A stretch of DNA of 64,000 bases from Longimicrobiales bacterium. Lineage in GTDB: Bacteria; Gemmatimonadota; Gemmatimonadetes; Longimicrobiales; Gaopeijiaceae. The notes beneath the pieces are model-generated. The model did no database searches. It was not told the origin of the DNA and saw nothing but the letters and a program-made list of their open reading frames with translations. Each line of letters starts with the position of its first letter. The stretch's first letter is position 1. Of the stretch, positions 1 to 10,974 are shown piece after piece. Location of the stretch: assembly GCA_963422615.1 (NCBI GenBank), contig OY730414.1, forward strand, positions 1,346,302-1,410,301, given 5' to 3'. Position numbers and translations under genes: made by a program.

Positions 1-2881
1 GCGAACTTCGGCCAGATGCTCGGCTACCACGTTCCCGGCCGCGTAAGCCTCCGCCTTGCCCTCGAGTTCCCGTTCGATCCAAGCACACTCCGGGCGGCCC
101 AGAATCTCATCCGAACGGGGTTCGTCCGCACGAAGCGGCCGCAGATCAAGGTAGGGAGCGTACCGCACATGTCCCCGCACCCCGCGGGGTCCGAGGTCAA
201 GGTAGATCATCCGCTTCGAGATCACCCGGTAGGCCCCGTTTCGTGTCGGACGCCCGTCGTGGATGGCATGCTCAAGGTAGAGAAGAACGTGTGGCTCCAG
301 CCCATGGTCCCGGTCGTCCACCAACACCGCGCCGCGCTTCAGAAGCATGCGGTTCTGTTCAAGGGTTAGGTCGAGCACGGCATCGAGAAGCGGGTGTCCG
401 GGACAAACGAAGGCCGCGCTAGGCCGTCCGGGTGGGGTGATGAGGGACTTCTCGAATGCAATGCGCTCGTAGCGGACCAGAACCGGCTCTCTGGCTCCCA
501 GTTCGGCGGCACGCCTTCGCACCACCGCGGGAACCCGGGAGATCTGATACCGCCGCGGCTCCCGCTCCCTGGCGGTGCCACCCAGGTGTTTGAAGGCCTC
601 CAGGAAGAACGACTCGATGAAGTGGGGCTGTAAGCGTCTTGCGTCGGCGCGTTCCATCTCCTCTCGGACCGCTTGCAACCGACGGGTGTCCATCGTGTCC
701 TGCGCCAGCGCGTCGGCGAGCATGAGCCCCCTGAGTCGGTCTCGGTCCAGGGCGTCGCTAACGACCGTGTCGAGATGGGCCCGGATCTCCGGTTGTTCCC
801 CAAAACGAATCGCTTTTACGAGCAGGTCCTGCAAAGATCGGCCCTCAAACTGGACCTGTCCAAGCACGTCGAACACCTGACCGCCCAACGCTTGGCGCTC
901 GGCCTCCAGCTTGTCCAGCAGGGTCTGATAGACCTTGCCCTCCCGGGTGTCCTGGGCGAGGAGATTCCAAAGGTGGCACACTTCGGTCTGGCCGATACGA
1001 TGGATGCGTCCGAAGCGCTGCTCCAGCCGGTTGGGATTCCACGGCAGATCGTAGTTTACCATCAGGTGGGCCCGCTGCAGGTTGATCCCTTCGCCTGCGG
1101 CGTCGGTGGCGACAAGCACCCTGACCTCGGGATCGTGGCGAAACGCCTCCTGGGCCTCAAGCCGATCGCGCCGGTTCAGTCCCCCATGAATCACAACCAC
1201 GGCCTCCGGCCGCCCGATCCACGTGGTGATCCGCTCCAGTAGGTAGCTGAGGGTGTCCTTGTGCTCGGTGAAAACGACAAGTTTCTGGTCCTGCGAGGGC
1301 TGTGGAGGCGGGACTTCCCCGGCTCCATAGTCGACCTCGGGCTCCTTGACCGGGGGGGCTAAACCCGAGGGGGCGAAGAGCTTGTCCAGGAGACCTGCCA
1401 GCTCCCGCCATTTCGTGTCGTCGCTTCGCTCCAGTACATTGCGGGCCAGACGCTCAAGGCTACGCAGAGTATCGATTTCCGCGCGCAGTTCGACTCTTGA
1501 CCGGGCGGCGGTTGCCTGGCCCAACACGTCGGCTTCCGCTGCCTCAACTTCGTCCTCGGGGGCGTCTTCCAAGCTCTCAAGGTCTTCCAGCTCCAACGCC
1601 CGACTTCCGAAGAAGGGAGAGGAGTCGGTGGTCTTGCCGTGGGGGAGCTCCTCCAGCCCCCGAAGTCGAGCCTGCAGGCGTTCACGGCGCCGTCCCAGGG
1701 AGCGGAAGATCGCCTGGGGCGAAGAGGCAAGACGACGTTGGAGGATCATCAACGCAAACCCGATGGTCGTCCGCTTCTTGCCGCCCAGCTTCTCTGCGCG
1801 ATCGAACTCCTGCTTCACGTACCGGGTAACCGCCTTGTACAGGATGGCCTCGGCCTCGGAGAGTCGGTAGGGAACGGTGTAGGCCCGGCGCATGGGAAAG
1901 AGCGGCGTACCGTCGAACTTCAGCAGCTTTTCCTTGACCATGCGGCGCATCAGGTCCGACGTATCGGAACGGTGAACGCCCGCGCGGAAGCGGCCCTCGA
2001 ACCGATCCCCGTCAAGGAGCGCCATGAAGAGCTGAAAATCGTCCTCCTTGCCGTTGTGGGGCGTGGCCGTCATGAGGAGGAAGTGGCGGGTGAGGCGACC
2101 AAGGAGCTGGCCCAACCGGTAGCGTTTCGTGTACTTGACCTTCCGGCCGGAATACGTCGCCGACATCTTGTGGGCTTCGTCACAGACCACGAGGTCCCAG
2201 CGGCAGTCGGGGGCCTGGAGCAGTTCTTGGACCTCCTCGTTGCGAGAGAGCATGTCGAGGCGCGCGATCACCAAGTCGTTCTTCTCGAACCAGTTGTCCG
2301 GGCGCGCCGCCAATCGCTCCTGGGGGGTATAGACGACAAAGGAAAGTTGGAAGCGGCGTTTCAGCTCCTCCTGCCACTGCTCGGCGAGGCTGCCGGGACA
2401 TACGACCAGACAGCGCTCGAGGTCGCTGCGGGCAATCAGCTCCTTCATGAGCAGCCCCGCCATGATCGTCTTGCCGCTGCCGGGATCGTCGGCGAGGAGG
2501 AAGCGGAGGGGCTGGCGGGGCAGCATGGATTCGTAAACGGCCGTGATCTGATGAGGCAGGGGTTCGACGAGTGAGGTGTGCACCGCCAGCAGGGGATCAA
2601 AGAGGTGGGCGAGGTGGATACGCTGGGCCTCGGAGACCAGCCTGAAGCGGGAGCCGTCAGCGTCGAAGGTCCAGGGACGGGCCTGGGAAGGGACTTCGAA
2701 GCGGTCCTCATCGATCCGGTGAACCACCTTAGGAGCCCGTCCCGCCCGATGCGATCCTGTAGGTGACCTGGATGACCTGGACACCCCGAGATCCCAGCCA
2801 CGTCGTGCCGACGACGGTGACCGGCCCGTCCGGGCGAATCCCTTCCACTTGGACGTGCGACTGAAGGTCTTCAAGCTTCAT
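1..2881 (-). CDS. SNF2/DEAH-box superfamily-2 helicase; C-terminus lies beyond window start; 5' end ambiguous (ATG at 2881 in one frame; GTG 2784 / TTG 2874 in the helicase-core frame)
   Basis: Minus-strand translation (frame with codon tops = 0 mod 3) is open from ~2880 to position 1. It contains Walker A LLADDPGSGKTIMAG, DEAH box LVVCDEAHKMSAT, motif III LLMTATPHNG, and a C-terminal helicase domain with DLPWNPNRLEQRFGRIHRIGQT (motif VI). The plus-strand ORFs 673-1242 and 1639-2574 are antisense artefacts. Confidence 0.85.
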
Positions 2882-3170
2882 GAGGCGATGGATCCGTTCT
2901 GACCCGGGAGGTCCCAAGGGCGGGCACGGTGGATAAGGGGGGGATGCGGAGAATTGACCGGATTCACCGCACCCATGAAGATAAAGCATGTGGGGGCCAG
3001 CCAACTTAAGTTCGCCCCGCCCTCGGACTCGGAGTATCTGCTATGAAGTCCTTCGGAGCATCATCCATCGTCAGGTCTTCCGCTTCGCGTTGGAACCCGA
3101 CGGAGGCCGGCGCTTTCGTGGCGGGCCTCACCCAGCCCCCGCTTCCAACCGCGACAGCAAGGGGCGTGCG

Positions 3171-6011
3171 GTGAGCAACATCCCCGGCGGGGATCGCCGA
3201 TGGCCGTACCCCGGCGCCCGTTGGTGGAAGTTCGACTTTCACACCCATACCCCGGCCTCGAACGACTACGGCAAGGGATCCGAGCAGGAGACCCTGCGAA
3301 ACGTTACACCGCGCGATTGGTTGCTCGGTTTTATGGGCGCCGAAGTGGATTGCGTAGCGGTGACGGACCACAACTCGGGGGAGTGGATCGACAAGCTCAA
3401 AGCGACCCTCGTGGAGATGGAGGAGGAGAACCATCCGGACTTTCGGCCCCTGTACTTATTCCCAGGCATGGAAATCACCGCCAACGGCGGCATCCATGTC
3501 CTTGCGATATTCGACCCCGGCAAAGGATCCGCGGATATTGCAACGCTGCTCGGAGCCGTTGGATATCGAGGCGACCGCGGTGCCAGTGACGAAGTGGCGG
3601 ATTCGGCGCCCAAAGGTGTCGTGAAAGCCATCGGCGAAGCCGGCGGAATCCCTATTCTCGCCCATGTGGATGGTCCGTCAGGCGCCTGGAAGTTGCCCGG
3701 CAATACCCTGACGCCGCTGTTCGATCTCGACGATCTTTTCGCGATGGAGGTGGTCGATCCTGCGAAAGAGAAACCCGAGCTGTATCGTCAACGCAAGCTC
3801 GCCTGGGCGGAAGTGCTTGGCTCCGACTCGCATCATCCCGGCGGACCGGCAGGGTCTCGTTTCCCCGGCTCGCACTACACCTGGATCAAGATGGCGGAAC
3901 CCTCGCTGGAAGGACTGCGCTTGGCCTTGCTGGACGGCGGAGGCTTCTCGGTCCGGCGCAGCGACGATCCGGAGCCTTTCAATCCCTTTGCGCTGCCCAC
4001 GCATCGCATCGAAGCCATCGAGATTGACGACGCGCGGTACATGGGGCGCGGTAAGCCGGCCAGTCTTGGGTTCAGCCCGTGGCTCAACGCCCTGGTGGGC
4101 GGGCGAGGCACAGGCAAGTCCACGGTCATCCATGCACTGCGGCTGGCGGCGAGACGCGAGAATGAATTGGCGAATCTGGAAGCACGCAGCGAGCCTCGTC
4201 TGACCTTCGAGCGATTCAATCGCGTGCCCTCGCATCGCACGGACGAGGGTGGCTTGCAGGGTTCGACGAAAATTCGGTGTACCATGATGCGCGACGGCGT
4301 TCGTCATCGCCTTCGCTGGCGGCAGGACGGCGTCGGCACGGTCGTGGAAGACGATGCGGGCAACGGCGATTGGAAACCCTCACTTGCTCAGACGGTGACG
4401 CCGGAGCGTTTTCCGGTCCGCATATTCAGCCAGGGACAGATCGCCGCCCTGGCCGGCGAGAACCAGCAGGCGCTGTTGCAGGTGATCGACGAGGCGGCCA
4501 AGACAAGCAGGCTGCATGAAGACCTCAAAGAGGCCCGAAAAGCATTCTTCGCATCAAGGACGCGGATCCGGGCGCTCGACGGCAAGCTGGGCCGATGGGA
4601 CGATCTCGTCGTGCAGCGACAGGATACGGAGCGCAAGTTGAAGCGTTTCCAGGATGCAGGACACTCCATGATCCTGACCGCTTACGGGCGCCGTCGCCGT
4701 CAGCGTACGGAAACGGATCGGCAGCTCGAGGCATCGGAGGAGATCGCCGATCGCATTGAAGCGCTGGCGGCAGGACTTGAAGCCGAAGACCTGCCTGATG
4801 GACTGTTCGACGAAGGATCGGAAGAAGATCGGCAAGCGGTTTCGATCATGGCAGCGCTGGCCGCCGGCGTGCGCATGGCAGCCCGGGACCTGCGTTACGC
4901 CGCCAAGCGCCTGCGAGGAATTGCCGAAGCACAGCGCAAGGAGTTGACCAATAGCATGTGGCAGTCAGCCGTGGAACAGGCGACGCAGGGCTACACTGCG
5001 TTGGTCGAGACGCTGCGCAGTGTAGGCATTACCGACCCGAACGAGTACGGCCGCTTGGTACAGGACCGGCAACGGCTCGATAGGGAATCGAAGGCTCTGG
5101 AGTCACTGCAGGCGGAACGGGATCGGCTGACGGAGCAATCCGGGGGACAACTGCGGAAGGTCCTGGAGGCCCGCCGCGCCATAAGCGCCGCCCGCGAGAA
5201 TTTCCTGTCCGGAACGCTCGCCCGGAACCGCTTCGTGCGCATCCGACTTCGGACCTACGGCGACGGTCCGCGAGTCATCGAACGTTCCTTGCGGGAGGCG
5301 TTGAGGATTCTTGACGACCGCTTCCGGGACGACATCCTCGTGATGGACGTGGATCGCCCGGCCAATGGGTGGGTTGCGGAACTTCTTGCAGACTTGCCGG
5401 AAGGTACAACAGAACGGTGCTCCGAGGTCGAAAGCCGCATCGAGCACCTCAAACAGCGAATCAGCCGGGCCTGTTCAGGCAGCGGTGATTTCGGCGGACG
5501 CCTCAACAACTATTTCCAGCGTGAATTCAACCGGCATCCCGAGCTGCTGGACAACATGCTGACCTGGTTTCCAGAAGACGGATTATGGGTCGAGTACAGC
5601 CGCCGGGGCGACGGCACGGACTTTCAGCCTATCAATCAAGCGTCGGCGGGTCAGCGGTCGGCGGCAATGCTGGCGTTTCTGCTTGCGCACGGCGAGGAGC
5701 CTCTGGTACTAGATCAGCCGGAAGACGATCTCGACAACCACTTGATCTACGACCTGGTCGTGCGCCAGATGCGGGAGAACAAGCTCAGGCGGCAGATCAT
5801 CGTGGTGACGCACAACCCGAACATCGTCGTGAACGGAGATGCCGAGATGCTGCATGCACTCGGTTTCCAGCGAGGCCAGTGTCGGGTCGTGCAGTCGGGA
5901 TCGTTGCAGGAAGAAACGATGCGCGAGGAAGTCTGCCGGGTGATGGAAGGTGGACGCGAAGCCTTCGAGCGCCGTTATCGTCGCTTGGGGCGGGAGCCGG
6001 CTCGTGTTTGA
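3171..6011 (+). CDS. PHP-domain phosphoesterase fused to SMC/Rad50-like ABC ATPase (Ppl-like defence protein); maximal ORF starts at ATG 2988
   Basis: PHP motifs WWKFDFHTHTPAS, AVTDHNS, PGMEIT, GSDSHHP. Walker A LVGGRGTGKST, Q-loop FSQGQ, signature-like QASAGQRS, Walker B LVLDQPEDDLD, H-loop VVTHNPN, with a ~300-aa helical insert between Walker A and signature (Rad50/SbcC-like). GTG 3171 is in frame and preceded by AAGGGG. The 61 aa upstream of it (from ATG 2988) are low-complexity. Confidence 0.8.
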   Translation: MSNIPGGDRRWPYPGARWWKFDFHTHTPASNDYGKGSEQETLRNVTPRDWLLGFMGAEVDCVAVTDHNSGEWIDKLKATLVEMEEENHPDFRPLYLFPGMEITANGGIHVLAIFDPGKGSADIATLLGAVGYRGDRGASDEVADSAPKGVVKAIGEAGGIPILAHVDGPSGAWKLPGNTLTPLFDLDDLFAMEVVDPAKEKPELYRQRKLAWAEVLGSDSHHPGGPAGSRFPGSHYTWIKMAEPSLEGLRLALLDGGGFSVRRSDDPEPFNPFALPTHRIEAIEIDDARYMGRGKPASLGFSPWLNALVGGRGTGKSTVIHALRLAARRENELANLEARSEPRLTFERFNRVPSHRTDEGGLQGSTKIRCTMMRDGVRHRLRWRQDGVGTVVEDDAGNGDWKPSLAQTVTPERFPVRIFSQGQIAALAGENQQALLQVIDEAAKTSRLHEDLKEARKAFFASRTRIRALDGKLGRWDDLVVQRQDTERKLKRFQDAGHSMILTAYGRRRRQRTETDRQLEASEEIADRIEALAAGLEAEDLPDGLFDEGSEEDRQAVSIMAALAAGVRMAARDLRYAAKRLRGIAEAQRKELTNSMWQSAVEQATQGYTALVETLRSVGITDPNEYGRLVQDRQRLDRESKALESLQAERDRLTEQSGGQLRKVLEARRAISAARENFLSGTLARNRFVRIRLRTYGDGPRVIERSLREALRILDDRFRDDILVMDVDRPANGWVAELLADLPEGTTERCSEVESRIEHLKQRISRACSGSGDFGGRLNNYFQREFNRHPELLDNMLTWFPEDGLWVEYSRRGDGTDFQPINQASAGQRSAAMLAFLLAHGEEPLVLDQPEDDLDNHLIYDLVVRQMRENKLRRQIIVVTHNPNIVVNGDAEMLHALGFQRGQCRVVQSGSLQEETMREEVCRVMEGGREAFERRYRRLGREPARV

Positions 6012-7281
6012 CAGCGTCGAGGAACTGCTCGACAAGATAAGACTCGGCGAAGACACGTTCCTGGAGTGCAAGGAAGTACGTTTTGCGGGACAGAAGGTCA
6101 GCGGCCCTCGCCGTGATTCGCTCGCGGACGAGCTCGCCGCCTTCGCCAACGGCCGAGGCGGTGTCTGCCTGCTGGGCGTGGAAGACGGCTCGCGTGAAAT
6201 CGTAGGCATCCCCGTTGACCGTCTCGATGTCGTGGAAGATTTCGTCCGTGAAGGTTGCAGCGATTCCGTGGATCCGCCTCTCGCGCCCGTGATCGAACGC
6301 ATCCAGCTACCTGCGACCACCGGGGAAGAGGTTGCGATCATCAAGATCGAGGTGAAACGCAGTCTGTTCGTACACCGCAGTCCGGGAGGCTATCTGCACC
6401 GGGTAGGCAGCGCCAAGCGCACCATGTCGTCCGAATACCTGGCCCGGCTGTTCCAGCAGCGCAGCCAGGCCCGGATGATCCGCTTCGACGAACAGGTTGT
6501 TCCCGACGCCAAGCCGGACGATCTGTCATCCGAGATCTGGAGGTCTTTTCGCACCCCGCTCACCAGGAATAAATCGGAAAGTCTGCTTGCAAAACTTCAT
6601 ATGGTGCGACCCGATATGGACGGTACGCCGAGGCCGACGGTGGCAGGTGTGCTCATGGCCTCTCCGGATGCCCGGAGATGGCTGCCCAATGCCTACATTC
6701 AGGCAGTCGCCTATCGCGGCACGACCGTCAGAGCCGATACCAGCGATCCCTACCAATTGGATGCCTCGGATATCTCCGGCCCATTGAACAATCAAGTGAT
6801 TCAAGCCTGCCAATTCGTGGCGAAGAACATGAAAGTGGCGGCATTCAAGCATCTAGGCCGCCTGGATCGACCACAGTTCGACATGGAGGCGGTGTTCGAG
6901 GCTGTAGTCAATGCCGTGGCCCACCGCGACTACTCGATCCATGGCTCGAAGATCAGGTTGAAGCTGTTCCGCAACCGTCTTGAAATCTACTCACCCGGTG
7001 CCATCTCCAACACGATGGGAGTGGAAGATCTGCCCCACCTGCAGGCCACTCGAAACGAGATCGTTACCAGTCTGCTCGCCAAGTGCCCCGTCCCGACGAA
7101 CGTACCGTGGCTGGAGACCGAGCGGCGCACCATGATGGACAGACGTGGCGATGGGGTGCCGGTGATCTTGAACAACAGCCTGGAACTGTCGGGGAGAGAA
7201 CCGGAGTATCGTTTGATCGGCGACGCCGAACTGCTGTTGACCATCTATGCGCCCCGAGATGCATCGGAGGAATTGACCTAG
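6004..7281 (+). CDS. AlbA_2 DNA-binding domain + HATPase_c_4 protein (divergent-AAA / Schlafen-like, often annotated RecG-like regulator)
   Basis: GTG 6004 overlaps the stop of the upstream gene (GTGTTTGA) with GGGAG 8 nt upstream. The N-domain VFDSVEELLDKIRLGEDTFLECKEV...ELAAFANGRGGVCLLGVEDG is typical of AlbA_2. The C-terminal region AVFEAVVNAVAHRDYS is typical of HATPase_c_4. The maximal ORF from ATG 5950 overlaps the upstream gene by 60 nt. Confidence 0.7.
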   Translation: MFDSVEELLDKIRLGEDTFLECKEVRFAGQKVSGPRRDSLADELAAFANGRGGVCLLGVEDGSREIVGIPVDRLDVVEDFVREGCSDSVDPPLAPVIERIQLPATTGEEVAIIKIEVKRSLFVHRSPGGYLHRVGSAKRTMSSEYLARLFQQRSQARMIRFDEQVVPDAKPDDLSSEIWRSFRTPLTRNKSESLLAKLHMVRPDMDGTPRPTVAGVLMASPDARRWLPNAYIQAVAYRGTTVRADTSDPYQLDASDISGPLNNQVIQACQFVAKNMKVAAFKHLGRLDRPQFDMEAVFEAVVNAVAHRDYSIHGSKIRLKLFRNRLEIYSPGAISNTMGVEDLPHLQATRNEIVTSLLAKCPVPTNVPWLETERRTMMDRRGDGVPVILNNSLELSGREPEYRLIGDAELLLTIYAPRDASEELT

Positions 7282-7329
7282 GCCGCTTCCGACTTGGCCG
7301 TCGGCGCATCCCGGCCTGCTGGTGGCGGG

Positions 7330-9615
7330 TCATGCCGCTTTTTGGTATGAGGACCCGTTCCGGTCGGTTCGAAGCTGGCCGCTCCTTCTCGGATGGATTC
7401 CGACGAAAAAGAACCAAGAGAACCGCTCGTAGCGAGTGTATATGGCCATGCCGGGGCCGATGGCGGCCTGGGCCAAGTCCACCGGCGCGATGCCGCCGGA
7501 CCGGAGGATGCGCAGGGCCGGGGGGAGTTCGGTACGGAGCGTTTCCAGGAACTCCCGGCGGGTGGCCAGGGGCAGGTCTTCGGCTCGCTTTCGGCAGGCC
7601 AGGACGATGCTGGAGGCGAGGGCGTTGGTGCCCATGCCCACCATCCGGTTGGTCAGCTCGGTCCGCATCGGCCAGGTGCCGTTTATGGCGAGTCCCGATT
7701 CGATGACGGCGCCCAGGAAGGTCTCCCAGCCCGTGGAGGCGGTTCCGGATTTTCTTCTTGTTTCGGACTGCTTGAAGGCGTAGTAGATGGTGACCGGGAA
7801 CCCCGGGTGGGCCTGCTCCGCAAGCCGCTCGAGAGCCCGGGTCATTCCGCTCAGGAAGAAGCGTTCCGCCGCCTGTTTGCTGCCGTGTCGGTAGGGCGTG
7901 GCGACCAGCTCATCGGCCTTGGGCACAGCAAGCGTGGCGAACAGGTCCGGGAACATCGGCCGCAGGGAGCGGCGCAGCCAGACGTAGAAGAAGTCCGACA
8001 GGTCCGCGTAGCCGATGTTGTCGTAATAGGGCGGGTCGGTGGAGATGACTTCGGGACCGGCCGCCGCCTGGCTCGTTGCGTCAATCTGTGTCGCCATGCC
8101 GGCTGGGCCGCGAGGAAACGCGCCCAGGGCCTTTGCCGCCAATGCGATCTGGCCGGTCCAGTTGCCGCTTGATCCGGAAAATGGGTTGGCTTCCGCAAAA
8201 TCCCACATCATCGGAATAGCCTGCCTGCCAAACGTGTTTCGAATTGCCTCTCCCGGGACATTCCAGCTACAGATGCTTGACCAGTGGTTGGCACACTTGT
8301 CGACTGCGAACGCCAGATACAGGGACACCGCCTGGGCATAGGCCGTCGCGCCCCTGCCACCGTCGCGCAGCGGCTTGCCGTCGTCAGGGAAGCCGGTGGC
8401 GACAGCGTCTCGGCGGATCCGCTCTCGCGCTTCCCCCACCAGATCGGAAAAGGTCGTCAGGGCAACCAGCTGGCGGGGCGTGAAGAGGTCGGCGAAAGCG
8501 GGAAGACCGTAGTTGGGAGTCTTGAAGTCTCGCGGATTGTCGGGCAACGGTATGTCCGGCTTCCAAGTCGGATTCGCTTGGCGAGCGATCGTCTCATGCT
8601 CCGCCGACGGTGACAGATACACCCTTCCCCGAACTCCCGCCGCCACCACTGCCATCAACCGCGCACTCATGCGCCCAGCTTTGCCTTCCCCTCGAATGTG
8701 CTCGTACGGCAGACCCACTCCTGACATGAGGCAGCGAAACGCGCGTCGTTTGCCGGCTGATGTCCCCCGTTTCGCCGCGTCCACATCCGGCGGCGTTCCC
8801 ACCTTCACCGTGAACCGGTATCCCTTCCCCTCGATCACCGGCTCGACGTACGCCTCCTTCCCCTTCTTCGTCGACAGCATCCACGTCGACGCCAGCGGCA
8901 CCTCCACATCCCCATACGCAGGGTTCGGACTCTTCACCGTCCGCGCCCACAACCACGCGATCACCGTCAGCTTCCGCCCCGCATACGGCTTCAGGTCCGG
9001 CCGCTCCCGCACCATCTCCGGCGTCACCTCGACCGGCGGATACAAATGCCCGATCCGCTTCGCCGCCTCCTCCCGCATCCAACCCCCGTACCGCCGCACG
9101 TCCTCCGCCAACCCCTGCGCCCCGGACCACGTCTTCTCAACCAGCGTCGCGTCCGCGCGCGCCTCCGAGTTCACCGGCCCCCGACCCGCAAACCTCGGCG
9201 GTACCTCGATCATCGCCTTGCAGATCAGCACCGCTACCGGATTCAGATCGCTCGCGTGCGACTCCAGCCCCAGCCGCTGTGCCTCCAACGGCAGCGCCCC
9301 ACCCCCCGCAAATGGATCGTGAAAAGCAGGCAACTTCTCGGAATCAAACAACTCCCTGGCCCTGGGATGATCCCCGTTCTCGGCACACGCCCGCCCCCAA
9401 CTCCGCCAGATCTCACTCCTAGCCTCTTCAAGCACCCTCTCGTTGTTCGTGTTCTCCCACCTCACCAACTCCTCAATCATCCGAAACAACCGCCCCCGCT
9501 CACGCCCTGCGGCGATCTTCCGCAGGAAACTCCCTCTCGTCTTCGCCGGCTTCATCCACCATCTGGCGTCACCTTGACCGGGCGGCGGCCAGCGGACGAT
9601 CCGTGCCCACCACAA
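7330..9615 (-). pseudogene. DUF1156-family N6-adenine DNA methyltransferase, partial inverted copy A (N-terminal domain decayed at 9620-9750; C-terminus truncated at repeat boundary ~7426)
   Basis: 761-aa ORF with MTase motif I DPFAGGG and motif [23 protein letters not shown]. It lacks the DUF1156 N-terminal [15 protein letters not shown] segment. Only a decayed remnant with a stop (RKKLIEV..., [16 protein letters not shown]) survives at 9620-9750. It diverges from copy B after ...AIYTRYE and so lacks the ~190-aa conserved C-terminus. Confidence 0.7.
7426..9590. repeat. Left arm of ~2.15-kb inverted repeat (DUF1156 gene body)
   Basis: Six-frame ORFs 8513-9322(+) and 12536-13345(-) are identical over 269 aa, and 8594-9130(-) equals 12728-13264(+) over 178 aa. 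9046-9675(+) and 11976-12812(-) are identical for ~150 aa. The outer part 7426-8500 matches 13350-14431 with scattered substitutions and indels. Confidence 0.9.
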
Positions 9616-10067
9616 GTGGAGTGTGCTCGGATGCCCAGTGCCGGATCGACTTCTCTCGCTTTGACGCCGCGTTGATCTACGACCTAGCGGAAGCCCGAGA
9701 CCTCAATCAGCTTCTTGCGTATCTGAACGGTAGTCACCTATGATGTTCACCCAGATGGATGGCCTTGAGATGCGGCCGGCCCGACGCAACATCGCATGGA
9801 ACTACGACTAGGCCCCATTCTGGCTTGGCCACTGGGAAGTGCGCAATCCTGGTTCATTTCGGGTAGAGCAGTGCGCATTCCCGGGGGCATGAGCGTCTGG
9901 CGGCGCCGTCGGCCGTCCTTGCCGATCTCCTCCACCGCTACAGGGCGGAGCAGATAAGGCGCCTCTGGTATTTCCGGATCGGATTCTTCCGCCTTGGATC
10001 ACACCGGGCGACGCGTTATGGGGTTCCGGACCTCCCGATTCCCCCTGCCCTCCAGAGGAGAAGTACG

Positions 10068-10970
10068 ATGTCCAATGGTTCCCTTGAAGGAAGGAAAGCC
10101 AACCGTAAGCCGGTGCTTTTGGAAACTGCTGGCCAAGAGGTATTCACCCGGCATGGGCAGCGTCTGGAAACCCAGCACGTTAACTGTAAACCGCCGGATA
10201 TCTTCAGGCAACATCAGATTCGGGCCCTCGGACCTTTCGCGGCCGACCCATTGAACGAGATCACGAGAGGAGAGGTTCGGCAGTGGTTCGGAACGCTGCA
10301 CCGAACACCGGCCGCGGGCAATCGCTCCCTTCCCGTTCTTTCCGTAATCTTGAGGGAGGCCGAGGCCTATGGATACCGGTCGGCCGAAAGCAATCCCTGT
10401 CGTCCACTTCGGCGGTACCGGGAGGTTGGGCGCAAGCGCTTTCTCAATGCGACAGAGATAAGGCGCCTAGGCAGAGTGCTTGCCGACCGACGGACCGCAT
10501 GGCCCCTTCAGGCGACACTTGTTCGTCTATTGCTGCTCACCGGCTGTCGGCAGAGCGAAGTGCGAACGCTCGAGTGGCACAACTATCGCGACGGACACCT
10601 ACATTTGCGCGACAGCAAAACGGGTCCACGGACGATTTGGCTGTCGTCAGCTGCACGGCGGGAACTGGGGGAACTGTCCCGAACGGGGCGCTTCGTGTTC
10701 CCTGCGCCGGATGGTGCAAGTCCCATGCCGACGGAAACGCTCTACCGCGCCTGGCGGCACCTGCGCCATGACGCGGGAATGCCCGGACTCCGGCTGCATG
10801 ACCTCCGGCACACGTACGCGAGTCTGGCCCTGCGTCGTGGGGAGACGGTGGTCGTGATCGGTCGGCTGCTGGGACACCGGGATCCGAACACCACACTCAA
10901 GTATACGCACTTTGGCTCGACGATCCTGCAGGAGGCCGCAGAAATCGTTACCCAAGCCTTGAAAGGGTGA
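10068..10970 (+). CDS. Tyrosine recombinase / phage-integrase family (XerC/D-like), intact
   Basis: Box I LLLTGCRQSEV, HDLRHTYASLA, and LLGHRDPNTTLKYTH with the catalytic Tyr. A GAGGAG RBS lies 7 nt upstream of the ATG. Confidence 0.85.
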   Translation: MSNGSLEGRKANRKPVLLETAGQEVFTRHGQRLETQHVNCKPPDIFRQHQIRALGPFAADPLNEITRGEVRQWFGTLHRTPAAGNRSLPVLSVILREAEAYGYRSAESNPCRPLRRYREVGRKRFLNATEIRRLGRVLADRRTAWPLQATLVRLLLLTGCRQSEVRTLEWHNYRDGHLHLRDSKTGPRTIWLSSAARRELGELSRTGRFVFPAPDGASPMPTETLYRAWRHLRHDAGMPGLRLHDLRHTYASLALRRGETVVVIGRLLGHRDPNTTLKYTHFGSTILQEAAEIVTQALKG

Positions 10971-10974
10971 CGCC

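Noticed and set aside
673-2574. Plus-strand ORFs 673-1242 (189 aa) and 1639-2574 (311 aa)
   Set aside because: They are antisense to a helicase reading frame with unmistakable Walker A, DEAH and motif VI signatures. Their translations are low-complexity, as expected of spurious ORFs in high-GC DNA.
7393-9675. Several 100-270-aa plus-strand ORFs inside the MTase copy A region, and their mirror images in copy B
   Set aside because: They are antisense to the DUF1156 frame and duplicated only because the DNA is duplicated. They were useful as markers of repeat identity but are not genes.
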